Shown in pieces: positions 1 to 12,203 of a stretch of DNA of 64,000 bases. Positions within the stretch are counted from its first letter, which is position 1; each line of letters opens with the position of its first letter. Position numbers and translations under genes: made by a program. The notes beneath the pieces are model-generated. The model made no database searches. It was not told the DNA's origin and was given only the letters and a program-made list of their open reading frames with translations. Origin of the DNA: Hypanus sabinus. Its lineage: Eukaryota. The stretch lies in the NCBI RefSeq assembly GCF_030144855.1, contig NW_026781450.1, positions 62,001 to 126,000 on the forward strand, given 5' to 3'.

Positions 1-831
1 ATTCTGGTGGCGATCCCGCGTAAGTTAAAATCACAGGTCTGGGGTTACGGGGGCACGGAATGTCCTCTGTATTGCAGTATCGGTTAGATTTCCTCGTCTG
101 ATCACTGCAATGCGTTAACGCGCTTTTCGGTGATGGGCTGCCGAATAGAGCATTTAAACGGCGTCTGCTTCAGCTTTGAAGGGGATATCAAGCGATCTTT
201 CCGAGGGTATGTGGGACCCTGCGACGAATTGAACGCGGACCAAACGCGACTATGCGAATATCCTGCAGGGGATTCAACGGCAGTTCTTCACTCCGTTTCA
301 ATGGCTCTCGTTGTGTCTGAATCAGAGTGAGTCGGAGTCAGAGCTGTCTCGCCTGCTGCGTGTCTATTCAGCCCGTCGATTCTCACCGCCAGTGGAATCT
401 GGTAGTGCCGTGAGGATGGCCAATCGTGTAATGGAAAAGTGAGCAGGGTCTTCGAGATCGCCAGAAATGTCCTTCTGTCCAGCTCAGCACTTGATGTTCA
501 ATCGGAAAAAAAATTGGAGTCGAATCTTTTCTTTTTTTCTATCTTCTAGGGATTCTCTCCGCGTATGTGGAGCAATCGCCGTCCTCCCTGTCACTCGGTG
601 TGGGACAGCCGTTCAGCATCGAAAGCACTGTGCTGAATACGGGCTATTGGTACAGACAGCGATCGGACCGGATAATAGATGCTCTCTTCTATTCTGTTGG
701 ACAAGGTTCTGTTACGAACCACACATCCGATTCCTTCACGGCGACAAGACCCAGCAGCACTCTGGATAAACTGGAACTGGGACGGGCATCGGCCTTCCAC
801 TCCGCCGTCTACTACTGCACTTGTAATAGCG
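1..831 (+). pseudogene. TRBV: TRBV segment V1 (group A), open frame but lacks 1st Cys; leader cut by window edge
   Basis: Leader end 1-19 (ILVAIP, donor GTAAGT at 20), intron 20-549, V exon 550-831: ILSAYVEQSPSSLSLGVGQPFSIESTVLNTGYWYRQRSDRIIDALFYSVGQGSVTNHTSDSFTATRPSSTLDKLELGRASAFHSAVYYCTCNS. Cys23 is Ser (AGC) and CDR1 is 12 nt shorter than in paralogs (282 vs 294 nt). RSS: CACAGAA 832-838, 22 nt, GCAAAAACA 861-869. Confidence 0.85.
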
Positions 832-1544
832 CACAGAACTACAGATAACGAGTCTAGCCTGCAAAAACATTCCAGCCTGCAGCAGGGAGGTTCAGTGGCC
901 ATTTTGTACGAGTAGGTGGCAGCACAAGACCGTGTTCGACTGTTCCTTTCTGTCACGAACTCGGCTGCCTTTCCGCGCGTGCACCTGCTATCTCGGATAT
1001 CACATCGACAAGCAAAGGGGCTTTGATGAATAACGGCCTGCTGTACCATCTGCTCTGCAACTGACGGCAGGAAACCCGAGAGGGCCCTGCCCACAGAGCA
1101 CATCGCTCAAACCTCTCCTTATTCCGCACATCTCGTTACCCCAGTAAAGGAGCCGATGATAATAAAGGCTCCAGTCACCAATCGAGCAGCTTCTCTGCCT
1201 TCGTTACCCTACTCTTATGCTCGAGGATGGGACAATGATACGGTTTCTCGAAATCACAATCTACCTCTCCCTAGTCCTGCGGTTTTCTCTGTCGAATTTA
1301 ATCATTTTTGATGAAACTTATTCTACTCCAATGAACTGTGATCAGTATGCAAGACCAGAGTTTCACCGTAATTCCATAGATGCAGCAAGTGTAAACGGAT
1401 TTATTAATTTACCTTTCTCTATATCAATGCAAAATGTAATGAACTGTTTTCTGCGAACAAGCTTTACACGGCATAACTGTATAGGGCCAGACATTATAAT
1501 TCTGATTCCCATTCACGTTTTGACGTGTCGGTTCTTGCCGACCC

Positions 1545-1850
1545 CTGGCGTCAAGACGAGGCTACAGTCAAGGTAGAGGAACAACTTCTTATATTCCATC
1601 TGAGTACCCTCCAACTTGATGGTGTATATTACTGTTACCTTTTCCTTTTGCTCGAATGACTATTGCTCCTCCCTTGAAACTCTCCTCCTTCCCCTTCCCC
1701 TGTTTTCCGTCTCCTCTCCTATCATATAGCATATTCTTCCCACTCCATCCCCTTTTAACCATCCCGCAACTATTATTTCAGGAAGTTTCCCGCACCCTCC
1801 ACCCCGCTCCACTTTTCACACCCAGTCCTGATGAAAGGTCTTGGCCGGAA
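1545..1850 (+). mobile_element. Penelope-like/GIY-YIG retroelement remnant (abundant elasmobranch repeat)
   Basis: caaggtagaggaacaacttcttatattccatctg...cctccaacttgatgg (EEQxLIFxLxxLQPxG-like), then a pyrimidine tract and cctgatgaaaggtcttggccggaa. Related copies near 6085-6425, 13360-13720, 17430-17830 (-), 29390-29560 (-), 42590-42960 (-), 59500-59860. The family name comes from recalled similarity, not a search. Confidence 0.5.
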
Positions 1851-2159
1851 TCGTCCAAAGTTACACTTTTCCACACGCCATCAAGAGCGGGAGGGCGCGA
1901 GTCTCCGGCCACAGAAAATCCTTCCACCTATTGAGCAAAATGTGCAGAACTGGCTCCTCGCCACGTGAGGGCAGCAGTACACTATACATCGCTGCACATT
2001 GTCCGACCCGAACGGCACACAGCAACGCGCGACAGATATACCGGTGCACCTGAAAAAGTTTGCTCTATGGATGCATCTGTACCAATGCTAATATCTCGCA
2101 CATACATCTATGTCTTCTATAGTTATGTAATTAATGGGAGTACATCCACTGGGTGACCT

Positions 2160-2670
2160 TCTGTACCTAATAAAATGGCCACATGTTCGTGGTCCTCTGC
2201 TATTGCAGCCCATCCGCTCCAACATATTGTGCATTCAGAGATGCTCCTCTGCACACCACAGTTGTAACACGTTGTAACTGGAATTACTGCCGCCGTCCAC
2301 TCGGCTTGAAAGAGTCTGGCCGTTCTCCTCTAACCTCGGCCATTGACAGGACGTTTTCACCCACACAATTGCCACAACAGTGTTTCGCGCCATTCCCTGT
2401 AAACACAAGAGAGCGTTGTGTGTGAATATCCCAGGAGTTCAGCAGTTTCTGAGATACGGAACCTCTCCCGGATTGACACCAATAGGCATTCTACGTTCAA
2501 AGTAAATTAGATCATATTTCTTCCCTATTCTGATGTTTGGACTGAACAGAAATCGAAGCTTTTGACCATTTCTGCATGCTCTTATGCATTGACTTGCTGC
2601 AACACGATTGGTTGATGAGTCACTTGCGTTAACCAGTGGGTGAGGTGCCGTCTAATAAAGTGGCCACATC
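2160..2670 (-). mobile_element. Tc1/mariner-like DNA transposon relic
   Basis: Reverse complement of the 28515-29060 copy. End motif cctaataaaatggcca/taataaagtggcca; degenerate transposase N-terminal HTH segment. Confidence 0.65.
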
Positions 2671-3811
2671 ATCTGAGTAACGAATGTTAACATGGAGAGA
2701 AGGGTTTGTAAGTTTGAAAGCGACACAATGATTGACGGCGTCATGGATGTTAGAGCGGGTTGTCCACAAAGAGACCGGGTTATCTGTGTGGTCAGTGCGT
2801 AGCTGAGCTGATAATGAGGCCACTGAGTGTACGTTGTGTTGTCTTTATTATCTCCTCTGCAGACCTTCGCTGCTCCTTCTCACCTTTCTCAGTATTCCGT
2901 CTGGAGGAGAGATTGACCAACCCGAGGCAGCAGCATATTGAGCTGCTACTGATTTTCGCTTCTGTTCCTAGCAGGAGACAAACGACGTTCTGTGGTGGCC
3001 CTAACAGCACCACTTCTGCGTCTACTCGCCACAAAATTCCCTGTGACTTTCACGCGATTTCAGTCTGGGGGTCCAGAGTCAGAGAATCAGTAGACACATA
3101 CAATTGCATTACGGATAATTCCGCATAANNNNNNNNNNNNNNNNNNNNNNNNNNNNNNNNNNNNNNNNNNNNNNNNNNNNNNNNNNNNNNNNNNNNNNNN
3201 NNNNNNNNNNNNNNNNNNNNNNNNNNNNNNNNNNNNNNNNNNNNNNNNNNNNNNNNNNNNNNNNNNNNNNNNNNNNNNNNNNNNNTAGCGCACTCGAACC
3301 TGCTCACAAATAGCCAGCGCGCCGGCATAAAGGCCAGTCCCAAAAAGGCACCAGGTCTGCTTCACCAACAAAGGTAAAAGCCTGCGCGGGACTGTGAATA
3401 CGTGTCCCCTACAACATCCGCGCCCAAGGAGTGCGGGATCAGGGAGGCTTTAAAGCGAGGCAGCGAAGTTCGAATAAAATCTTTTCTAACTGCAGTTTAC
3501 CGACTCCGTGTCGTTAATTTAGCGCTGCNNNNNNNNNNNNNNNNNNNNNNNNNNNNNNNNNNNNNNNNNNNNNNNNNNNNNNNNNNNNNNNNNNNNNNNN
3601 NNNNNNNNNNNNNNNNNNNNNNNNNNNNNNNNNNNNNNNNNNNNNNNNNNNNNNNNNNNNNNNNNNNNNNNNNNNNNNNNNNNNNNNNNNNNNNNNNNNN
3701 NNNNNNNNNNNNNNNNNNNNNNNNNNNNNNNNNNNNNNNNNNNNNNNNNNNNNNNNNNNNNNNNNNNNNNGAAACGGGAAACCCACAACTGTTTTTACTG
3801 ATGGTAGTTCA

Positions 3812-4325
3812 TAAATAACCATATAACCATATAACAATCACAGCACGGAAACAGGCCATCTCGGCCCTCCTAGTCCGTGCCGATCTCTTAACCTCACCTC
3901 GTCCCACCGACCCGCACTCAGCCCATAACCCTCCACTCTTTTCCTGTCCATATACCTGTCCAATTTTACCTTAAGTGACACAACTGAACTGGCCTCTACT
4001 ACTTCTACAGGAAGCTCATTCCACACAGCTATCACTCTCTGCGTAAAGAAATACCCTCTCGTGTTTCCCTTAAACTTCTGCCCACTAACTCTCAAATCAT
4101 GTCCTCTCGTTTGAATCTCCCCTACTCTAAATGGAAACAGCCTATTCACGTCAACTCTGTCTATCCCTCTCAAAATTTTAAATACCTCGATCAAATCCCC
4201 CCTCAACCTTCTACGCTCCAATGAACAGAGACCTAACTTGTTCAAACTTTCTCTGTAACTTAAGTGCTGAAACCCAGGTAACATCCTATTAAATCGAAGC
4301 ACAGGTAACATCCTAGTAAATCTCT
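3812..4325 (-). mobile_element. CR1-type LINE, 5'-truncated, with 3' tail
   Basis: ORF 3838-4311 MLPGFQHLSYRESLNKLGLCSLERRRLRGDLIEVFKIL...FFTQRVIAVWNELP is the typical CR1 ORF2 C-terminus. (ATAACCAT)n tail at 3815-3836. Confidence 0.92.
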
Positions 4326-4599
4326 GATTAATTACCAGATCAAAATCAGTGTCTCCCCTAAGTATGTTTGTTCATCACCTGCTTACACTGTCGTTCAAAT
4401 CCGACTGTACTACCAGCTGCGCTCTTCTTTCGGCATTTTAATTTTAATGCCGCACTATGTATGATGCGCAGGATGTGACGCAGCCGTCAACGGGCCAGTA
4501 GCATAACAGAAATCTAAACAGACAACGCAAAGTCCTTCTCCTGAATGCTAGCATTGTGCTGCACATGATTCCAAAGCGGCAGGAGTCTCTCTCGGAAAG

Positions 4600-4651
4600 A
4601 TTCTGGTTTGTGGGACAGATTGCTTCCTACTTATTCTGCAGTTGATTCCAA
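4600..4651 (+). pseudogene. Orphan group-A leader exon, ATG mutated to ATT; no V exon downstream
   Basis: ILVCGTDCFLLILQLIP+1 nt, donor GTATGT 4652-4657. Aligns codon-for-codon with leader MMRGTYCLPLILALIP (7545-7593). Confidence 0.7.
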
Positions 4652-5615
4652 GTATGTCAAAACAGCACAGAACCACGGTAAAGAGTGGTGTTCTTGGTGA
4701 ACTTAGGTAGTGCGACAATGGCTGTGGTTCGGCTTGGTAGAAGCTCGAAGATTCGAAACGTCCTTCCGATCTCATGTCCCGAAACTCCCAGATCACAACA
4801 CCAAAGACCAAGCTCCAGCGGGCGGCCGTCCCTCTGTGTTTAGTCATGGGAATGATACGTCCTCTCCGGTGGAAGGGATTAAACTCGGTAGAGGGCATTT
4901 GTAATTTTCTCTGACGTACCTTTAGAGGGTTGAAGTCTGGATCCTAAGCGCTGATCAAATTCGAGTGAGCTGTCCGATTTCGGGTGTATTTTTTTCATTC
5001 TGAACTGATATTGTCTCATTGCGCTGATCATTGCTACGGCGTTTTTAACAGAGATAAATATCACAATAAATAATGGAAGAGATGGACAGATGAGCTATTT
5101 ACGAGCAGGGAGAAACTCAGGGAGAACTACAGTCCGGGAGAAAGAGATGCAGAGAGACGGAAGGATGGAAGGAGAGAGGGAGAGCGAAAGAGTGAAAGAT
5201 AAGGAAGAAGAAAATGCAATCGTTACGCATCTATCGGTGAGAAAGCGATGTAGAAAGTCATGAAGGGACAATGACGATTCGAGTGAGTATTCCTGACGCA
5301 TGCCTCGATACAGATTGGTTAAACGAAGCCGGGGGCGTGGATTTCGGTGTTGCCAACGACCATTTACGACTGAATTACAAAGATGCATATCCAGCTAAAA
5401 AAACAAAGAGATAGATCGATGAGAAAGTTACGAGCAGTGAGAGAAACAGCGGGAACTACAGTCAGGAAGGGAGACAGAGAGAGAGATAGAGAGAGAGAGA
5501 GAGAGGGAGAGGGGAGAGAGAGAGAGAGGGAGACCGATAAGGAAGAAGAGAATGCACTGAGGCAATCACCACTTGTCTACTGTTGTGAACGGGTTGTGGT
5601 AAGTCTCCAGGGAAG

Positions 5616-5914
5616 ATGTTGCTGTCTCTCCAACTGATCGTCTCCTTCCAGTGTGAGGGAAATTTGCTAACATTCCTCTCTTTTCCCTAGGGTGATCCTC
5701 AACTCCTTTCGACCTGTGCCTTTTCTATCTCATTATGCGCTTTTCTCCGCACATTTCCATCCTCACTATGATCTTTCTCCATACCGACCGCCGCACGAAA
5801 ATATCCCAAATTCAATCCTCCCTCTTCTATACACGGCCGTTCTCGCCATCCGCATACTTCTGTGCCTGGCGTGATCACAGCGACTGGGTCAGACGGAGGA
5901 GCTGAACAAAAACC
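5616..5914 (+). pseudogene. TRBV: Collapsed group-B V relic: intact leader, last ~9 V codons, intact 23-RSS
   Basis: Leader MLLSLQLIVSFQ+T 5616-5652, donor GTGAGG. 3' end tcc gca tac ttc tgt gcc tgg cgt gat (SAYFCAWRD) to 5875. CACAGCG 5876-5882, 23 nt, ACAAAAACC 5906-5914. Only 223 nt lie between donor and heptamer. Confidence 0.8.
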
Positions 5915-6724
5915 TCACCGGCTTGATGTCAGTCTGAGCCTGGGTGTGAACATGTCCGACAGGTTATGAATTGATCTCTGCGAACAAGCTTTTCACCGAA
6001 TAACTGCACAGGGAATTCTCTGGTGCCCAGCACTGTAATTCCGATTCCCTGTCGCCTTCCGACGTATCGGTCCATGACGACGTCGTGTCAAGAAGAGGCC
6101 ACCCTCAAGGTAGAGGAACAACCTGTTATATTCCATTTGGTTGCCCTTCAACCTGATGGCGTGTATTACTGTTAGCTTTTTCTTCTTCCAGCCTGAATAT
6201 ACCGTCCCCCTTTGCCCTCTCCTCCTTCCCCTTCACCTGTTTTCCGTCTCCTCTCCTATCATATTCTTCCCACTCCAGCTCTTGACCTTTTCCTTCCACC
6301 TGACTTCACCTAACACATTCCAGCTGGCCTTTTACCCATTCCGCAGCTTTGAATTTCAGGCATCGTCCCCCTCCCCCCGATCCACGTTTCACTCGCAGTC
6401 CTGATGAAGGGTCTCGGGCTGAAAAGTCCAAGGTCACACTTTTCTGCACGTCGTCAAGAGAGCTGGAGCGCGAGTCTTCGACCACGGAAAAAACTTCCAT
6501 CTATTCCCCAAGAGGTGCAGAACGGGATTTTCGCCACTTGGGGGCAGCAGCACACCTGTATATCGCTGCACATTGTCCGACTTGAACGACACACAACAAC
6601 GCGCAGAAGTTATACCGGTGCCTCTGTAAAAGTTTGCTCTACGGATGCACCTGTAGCAATGCTAATATCTCGCACATGCATCTATGTCCTGTATAGTTAT
6701 GTACGATGGGGAAAAATCCGTTTT

Positions 6725-7030
6725 GTGACCTCCTCCCCGATAAAATGCCCACTCACAGTATGTTGGTGGTCCTCTGCTATTGCAACCCATCCGCTTCAAG
6801 GGTCAAAATATCGTGCATTCAGAGATGCTCCTCTGCACACCACTGTTGTAACACGTGGTTACTTGAATTACTGCCGCCTTCCTCTCAGCTTGTCAGAGTC
6901 TGGCCGTTCTCCTCTATCCTCGGCTATGAACAGGCCGTTTTCTCCCACATAATTACCAGAGCATTTTTTCGCACCATTCTCTGTAAACACGAGAGAGGGT
7001 TGTGTGTGAATATCCCAGGTTATCAGTAGT
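6725..7030 (-). mobile_element. Tc1/mariner-like relic (partial copy)
   Basis: Near-copy of 2160-2450 (tgcattcagagatgctcctctgcacaccac...gagtctggccgttctc). Confidence 0.6.
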
Positions 7031-7541
7031 TTGTAGTTCCTTCATTCCAAGAAGCGATGAACCCAACCCTGGCTCAGAAGTATTGTTAGTTTTTTTTTTC
7101 TAACCAGGAACAGCAAGGAGTTTTCCCACAGCTGATGCATCTTCACAGCTTCTTCATTCACCCACCACGAAATCCCTGTGGAGTTCACGTGCTTTCAGCA
7201 TCTGAGTCAGTGACCGGTGAAACATACAGAAGCATTTCGAATAATTCAGGAAGATCCGTAGATAGATAGATAGATAGATACTTTGATTTGTGTGTGTGTG
7301 TCTAGTCCTGTAGTTGTGTTTCCTTAATGAAGCGACATTGCGGAAACTGCGACCTCCACTCTCCTCCGGCTTTCTACTGACGACGAAAGAAAAGTGTACT
7401 GCCTGCTAATTACACAGGAAGTGACAGACGTCACAGGGCTAATAAGCACCAGCAATTATATCGAGCAACGCAGTATACTTCTTCTGAAAGCGGGTATTGA
7501 TCGACACTCCACCCCAAAGCCCGCCAGCGACTACTCTGCAA

Positions 7542-7989
7542 ATGATGATGCGGGGAACATATTGTCTTCCGCTGATCCTGGCATTGATCCCGCGTAAGTC
7601 AGAATAAAAATTTTTTGGGGAAGGTAACTCAGGTTCAGAGAACGGCCCCCCATCTCTGAGAGAAATTAGTCTCTAATGGAATTTATATCTTACAGGGATG
7701 CTGGCCGTGTACGTGGAGCAGTTTCCCCCTTCCCTGTCAGTTGGATTGGGAGAGTCAAGCACCGTCCAATGCACGCTGCTGAATTCGGGCTATGATAATA
7801 TGTATTGGTACAGACAGCGACCGGACGGGGCAATAGAAGCACTTTTCTATTCTACTGGGAAAGATTTCGTCACCAGTTACACGTCGGAATCCTACGCGGC
7901 AACAAGACCCAGCAGCACTTTCTTTCAGCTGGAACTAAAGAATGCCTCGCACTCTCACTCGGCCGTCTATTTCTGTGCCTGTAGTAGCG
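7542..7989 (+). CDS. TRBV: TRBV segment V2 (group A), apparently functional
   Basis: Leader MMMRGTYCLPLILALIP 7542-7593 (GTAAGT), 102-nt intron, V exon 7696-7989: MLAVYVEQFPPSLSVGLGESSTVQCTLLNSGYDNMYWYRQRPDGAIEALFYSTGKDFVTSYTSESYAATRPSSTFFQLELKNASHSHSAVYFCACSS. RSS: CACAGAG 7990-7996, 23 nt, ACAAAAACT 8020-8028. Confidence 0.93.
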
Positions 7990-8715
7990 CACAGAGGTTG
8001 AGCAGTTGAGCCGCCCCTGACAAAAACTGTTCTGCACAATCGCTGAAGGCTCCGGACCCGCTGTCTCCCACCACTAGGGGCCGCTGCACAATTAACTTCA
8101 ATATCCAAGTCTCGCCCAGTGCGACTTTCCAATTGGCTTTTGATTCTTCCAATCCGCACAACCCAAAACCGAATAACAGGAAATCAGATCAGGAGAAAAA
8201 GGCAAAGATGCCTCAAGTATTTCAGAAACACTTCAAAAAAAAATACAGAAAGCGCCTGCAATTTCTCACTGATCTGAGGACATTTGGCAAGCCTCTTTCA
8301 GCCACAGCAACATTCACAACTGAAGTGATTAAATTATTTGTAGCGATGGCGTTCAAAACATTTCTGATCTTTACTGTGCTTCTGGCAATAGTAAAAACAA
8401 GCTATTTAGTATTTCTCTAAATTATTTATAAGTACCTTAATAATTAGTTTAAACGCTCCTGTTCAGCTCGAGCAAACCTGCCAGGAAGGGTATAGGTTTA
8501 TCCTCGCGCACCGATGCAGCTCGTCCCGTTTATACAGGTCGGACCTTCCCCGGAACAGATACCAGTGAGATCTCAACCGATAAACGGAAAGCAGAATTAT
8601 ATTTAGATAAAAGATTGGGAGGGTGATCGATCGATTCATACAGACATGCATACATAGAAGGTTGGATAGATGGATAGACAGACAGACGGACAAGCAGATG
8701 GGTAGATAGATAGTT

Positions 8716-8719
<4 letters not shown>

Positions 8720-8800
<81 letters not shown>
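8720..8800 (+). repeat. (GA)n microsatellite
   Basis: About 40 uninterrupted GA units. Similar tracts near 10340-10380, 22315-22390, 34740-34810, 48362-48448. Confidence 0.95.
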
Positions 8801-8804
<4 letters not shown>

Positions 8805-9147
8805 TCTGCAGGAAATAATGAGAAATGGGAAATCCATATCTGTGTTTTTACTGATGGTAGTTCAGAAACCTGTGATTAATTACCAAATCAAAACCAATAT
8901 CTCTCCTAAGTATGTTTGTTCATCAACTACTAACACCGTCATTCAAAACCGACTGTACTTCCAGCTTCGCTCTGGTTTTGGCATTTGAATTTTAATACCG
9001 CCCGTTGTATGACGCGCAGGAAGTAACGCAGACGTCAACGGGCCAGTAGCAGAACAGAAATCTAAACAGACAACACAAAGTGCTTCTCCTGAATACTAGC
9101 ACTCTGCTACACATTTTCCTAAAGCGGCCGGAGTCTCTCTCGGATAG

Positions 9148-9199
9148 GTGCTGGCTTGTAGGACACATGGCATCCGACTTATTCTGCCGTTGATCCCAA
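9148..9199 (+). pseudogene. Orphan group-A leader exon, ATG mutated to GTG
   Basis: VLACRTHGIRLILPLIP+1 nt, donor GTATGT 9200-9205. Lies in module 8830-10050, which duplicates 4330-5500 and is the reverse complement of about 25700-26280. Confidence 0.65.
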
Positions 9200-10334
9200 G
9201 TATGTCACAACAGCACAGTATCATTGCTAGGGGTGGTGGTCTTGGTGGACTCACGTAGTGCGACACTAGCTGTTGTTTTGCTTGGTCGAGGGTTGAAAAT
9301 TCGAAACGTCCTTGCGAACTCATGTCGCTGAACTCCCAGATCAGACCACCAATGACCAAGCACCAGTGGACGGCGGTCCTTCTCCCCTTTGTGTTTAGTC
9401 ATGGAAATGACACTTCCTCTCCGGCGGACGGGATTAAACTTGCTAGAGGGTATTTGTATTTTCATCCGCTGTACCGTTAGGAGTTTGAAGTCCGGATCGT
9501 AAACGCTGATCAGGTTCGAGTCAGCTGTCCGATATTCCGGTGTAATTTTCATTCTGATCTGAGCTTGGCTCATTTGGCCGAAGGCGCTGTTCATCGCTGT
9601 GGCGTTTTTCACAGAGATACATATCAAAACAAATAAACGAAGAGATAGTCAGATGAGCGATTTACAGGCAGGGAGAAACTCAGGGACAACTACAGTCCGG
9701 AAGAAAGAGATACAGAAAGACGGAAGGATGGAAGGAGAGAGGGAGAGCGAAAGAGCGAAAGATAAGGAAGAAGAGAATGCTATCGTTACGCGTCTATCGG
9801 GGAGAAAGCAATGTATAATGTCATGAGGGACAATGACGATTCGACAGAGTATTACTGACGCATACCTCGATTCAGATTGGTAAAATGAAGCAGGGCGTGT
9901 GGCCTTCGGTGTCACCAATGGCCATTTGCGACGCTGAATTACAAAGTTAGATATCCAGATAAACAAATAAAGAGATACACCGGTGAGAAAGTTTTGAGCA
10001 GTTAGAGAATCAGCAGGAACAAAAGTCAGGGAGCTGGAGAGAGAGGCAGATAGAGAGAGAGAGTGGGGGGGGGGGAGATTGAAAAAAAAGAGGGGTAGAG
10101 AGGGAGAGAGAGATAAGGAATGAGAGCCTCTGGCCAACAGCGTGCAAACTACACTCTGCTCCCTCTGTACCAATAATCGCTCAGACCATTTATTCGAATT
10201 GATAACAACAAAATAGGCGATATCCTTTCTTCGCACAACGCCAAGCACATGGAGCCTACATCTGCCTGACTCTACTGTCTGTGTCCCATTCGGTCTCAAC
10301 ATTTTCTTCCATATTTAAATCCACCATGGCCAGC

Positions 10335-10380
<46 letters not shown>

Positions 10381-12187
10381 TGAAAGATGGCAAAAGAGAG
10401 TGGTGGGGAGAAAGATGATCAAGCTCTTGAGGGAACAGTTCAAAGGAGAGAGTTAACGATTCAACGGGGAACTGAGTTGAAACATCTTTATCCAGACTAT
10501 GGACTTATATCATGAATGAGCTTCGAGAAGAGGTCATTTAAGGAGGTAGACTAACACCGCACAAAATACATTTTTCCGGGGAACGTACAGAAAGATTTTC
10601 GAGGGAAGTTGCCAGTGTTTTTTCTGACCCCAGAAGTGTGTGATGGAACCGTGTAGAAATAGATTAACATTGCGGCACTGTGTGCAGGAGCGGTGCGGAG
10701 GGAGTCAGACTACGTGTCTGACGACCGGAGTGTGTGGATCACTGTCCTGGACTGAGACACCCTCTTTAATGTAATACAAGTGTTTAGCGAAGAGGTACCG
10801 GGAGAATGGGGTAATGCTCTTCAACTTCAACTGCAGCACCTTTAGAAAGTCGATGCAAATCGGTTTTGTGCACAGACGCAGGCGCAGAGGCGAGTCGGAC
10901 GCAGGATTCGCCTCAAAAGGAACCGTAAACTTGACCCGCCTCCGCCCACGACCAGAACCCCTCTGTCTGTCCCCGTACGACCGTGTTCAATGATCAAAGA
11001 TCAAAGCCAATGAATCGTCAGAGTATATGGACAGTGTGTCACCAGATCCACCTTGAGATTCATTTAATTGCGAATATTTACAGGAATGTAAAGAAACTAC
11101 AGATCTTAGTTAACAGCAGACTGTTTGCACAAGAGGACATCTACTTCAAAACACAGTGTAGTTAAATAAATAATACTGGGATGATGAGTTGTCGAGTGGT
11201 TGAAAGTGTATCTATCGGGTGTAGATCCAATGCAGACTGGAAGTGAGTGAATACGGGACAAATGGGGTTAGCGTAGATCGCCATGTTGGTCCGGGTGTGC
11301 CGTTTGAGTCGACCGGCCTGTTGCGCAACTCATGGATTCTCGGGGATGTTGGTGGATGTTCATCCATAGCTGCCACTCCGCAGGCAACGACGCAATTTGC
11401 ACGGAACCGGGGCAGGAACGCAGCGATGTCACTGGACATCGGGAGTCATGACAACCAACAAGAGAAAATCGNNNNNNNNNNNNNNNNNNNNNNNNNNNNN
11501 NNNNNNNNNNNNNNNNNNNNNNNNNNNNNNNNNNNNNNNNNNNNNNNNNNNNNNNNNNNNNNNNNNNNNNNNNNNNNNNNNNNNNNNNNNNNNNNNNNNN
11601 NNNNNNNNNNNNNNNNNNNNNNNNNNNNNNNNNNNNNNNNNNNNNNNTCCTTGGGAGGGCATGAGTTTATGTTGAGAATTTAATCAGTTAGACAGACTGG
11701 CAGGTGCATAGGCAAAGAGACAGAGAAAGAGTGAGAACGAGAGACAGGGAAGGTGAAAAAGAGAGAGGGGGAGGGAGAGAGAGAAAAAATCAGTTTTCTG
11801 ATAGCGTTTTGCTGTAATGCGTAGAAATAAATTAGTCATGAAAATTCTTAACAGTGAGATGATGCTCTGGTTCGTGGGCCCTTGCAAAATCTGATAACGA
11901 AATGGCAAAATCTGTCTCTGATCTTCTGAATGTGTGACTTTAGGCTCCTGCCCCTCCTCTGCGATGGTAGTGAAGAGAAGAGGACAATACCTGAATTCTC
12001 ATCGATGGATACCGCTTTCCTGCGTCACCGCTGCATATAAATACAGACGAGGATTGGCGATTATTGGATCGCAACTTGACGGTCGGCGATATTGTGGGTG
12101 CAAGGACATAATATGCGGAGTAAGGAGCAAAGCGGATTCTTCTTTTAGAAGCTGTGGAACAGCCTCATTGCTTGGCCAATGGTGATA

Positions 12188-12203
12188 TAGCGCCCTCTGC
12201 TGG
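12188..12203 (-). promoter_or_regulatory. Consensus CTCF motif CCAGCAGAGGGCGCTA in a 3-copy intergenic module
   Basis: Direct motif match. The same motif (CCAGCAGAGGGCGATA) occurs at 13749-13764 and 24332-24347 in the homologous modules. Confidence 0.65.

Noticed and set aside
8463-8837. Long ORFs made of LSLSLS, ERERER, YLSI or X runs (also 9649, 22006, 34523, 48284-48722)
   Set aside because: Translations of microsatellites or N-runs.
10676-10682. Lone heptamers (CACTGTG at 10676; CACAGTG at 11152, 29720, about 42990, 55364, 58963)
   Set aside because: No nonamer at 12 or 23 nt and no V/D/J coding flank.
10861-10905. Minus-strand ctc tgc gcc tgc gtc tgt gcac aaaacc, like a V end with a collapsed RSS
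   Set aside because: Too short, with no upstream WYRQ or Cys23; compatible with chance.
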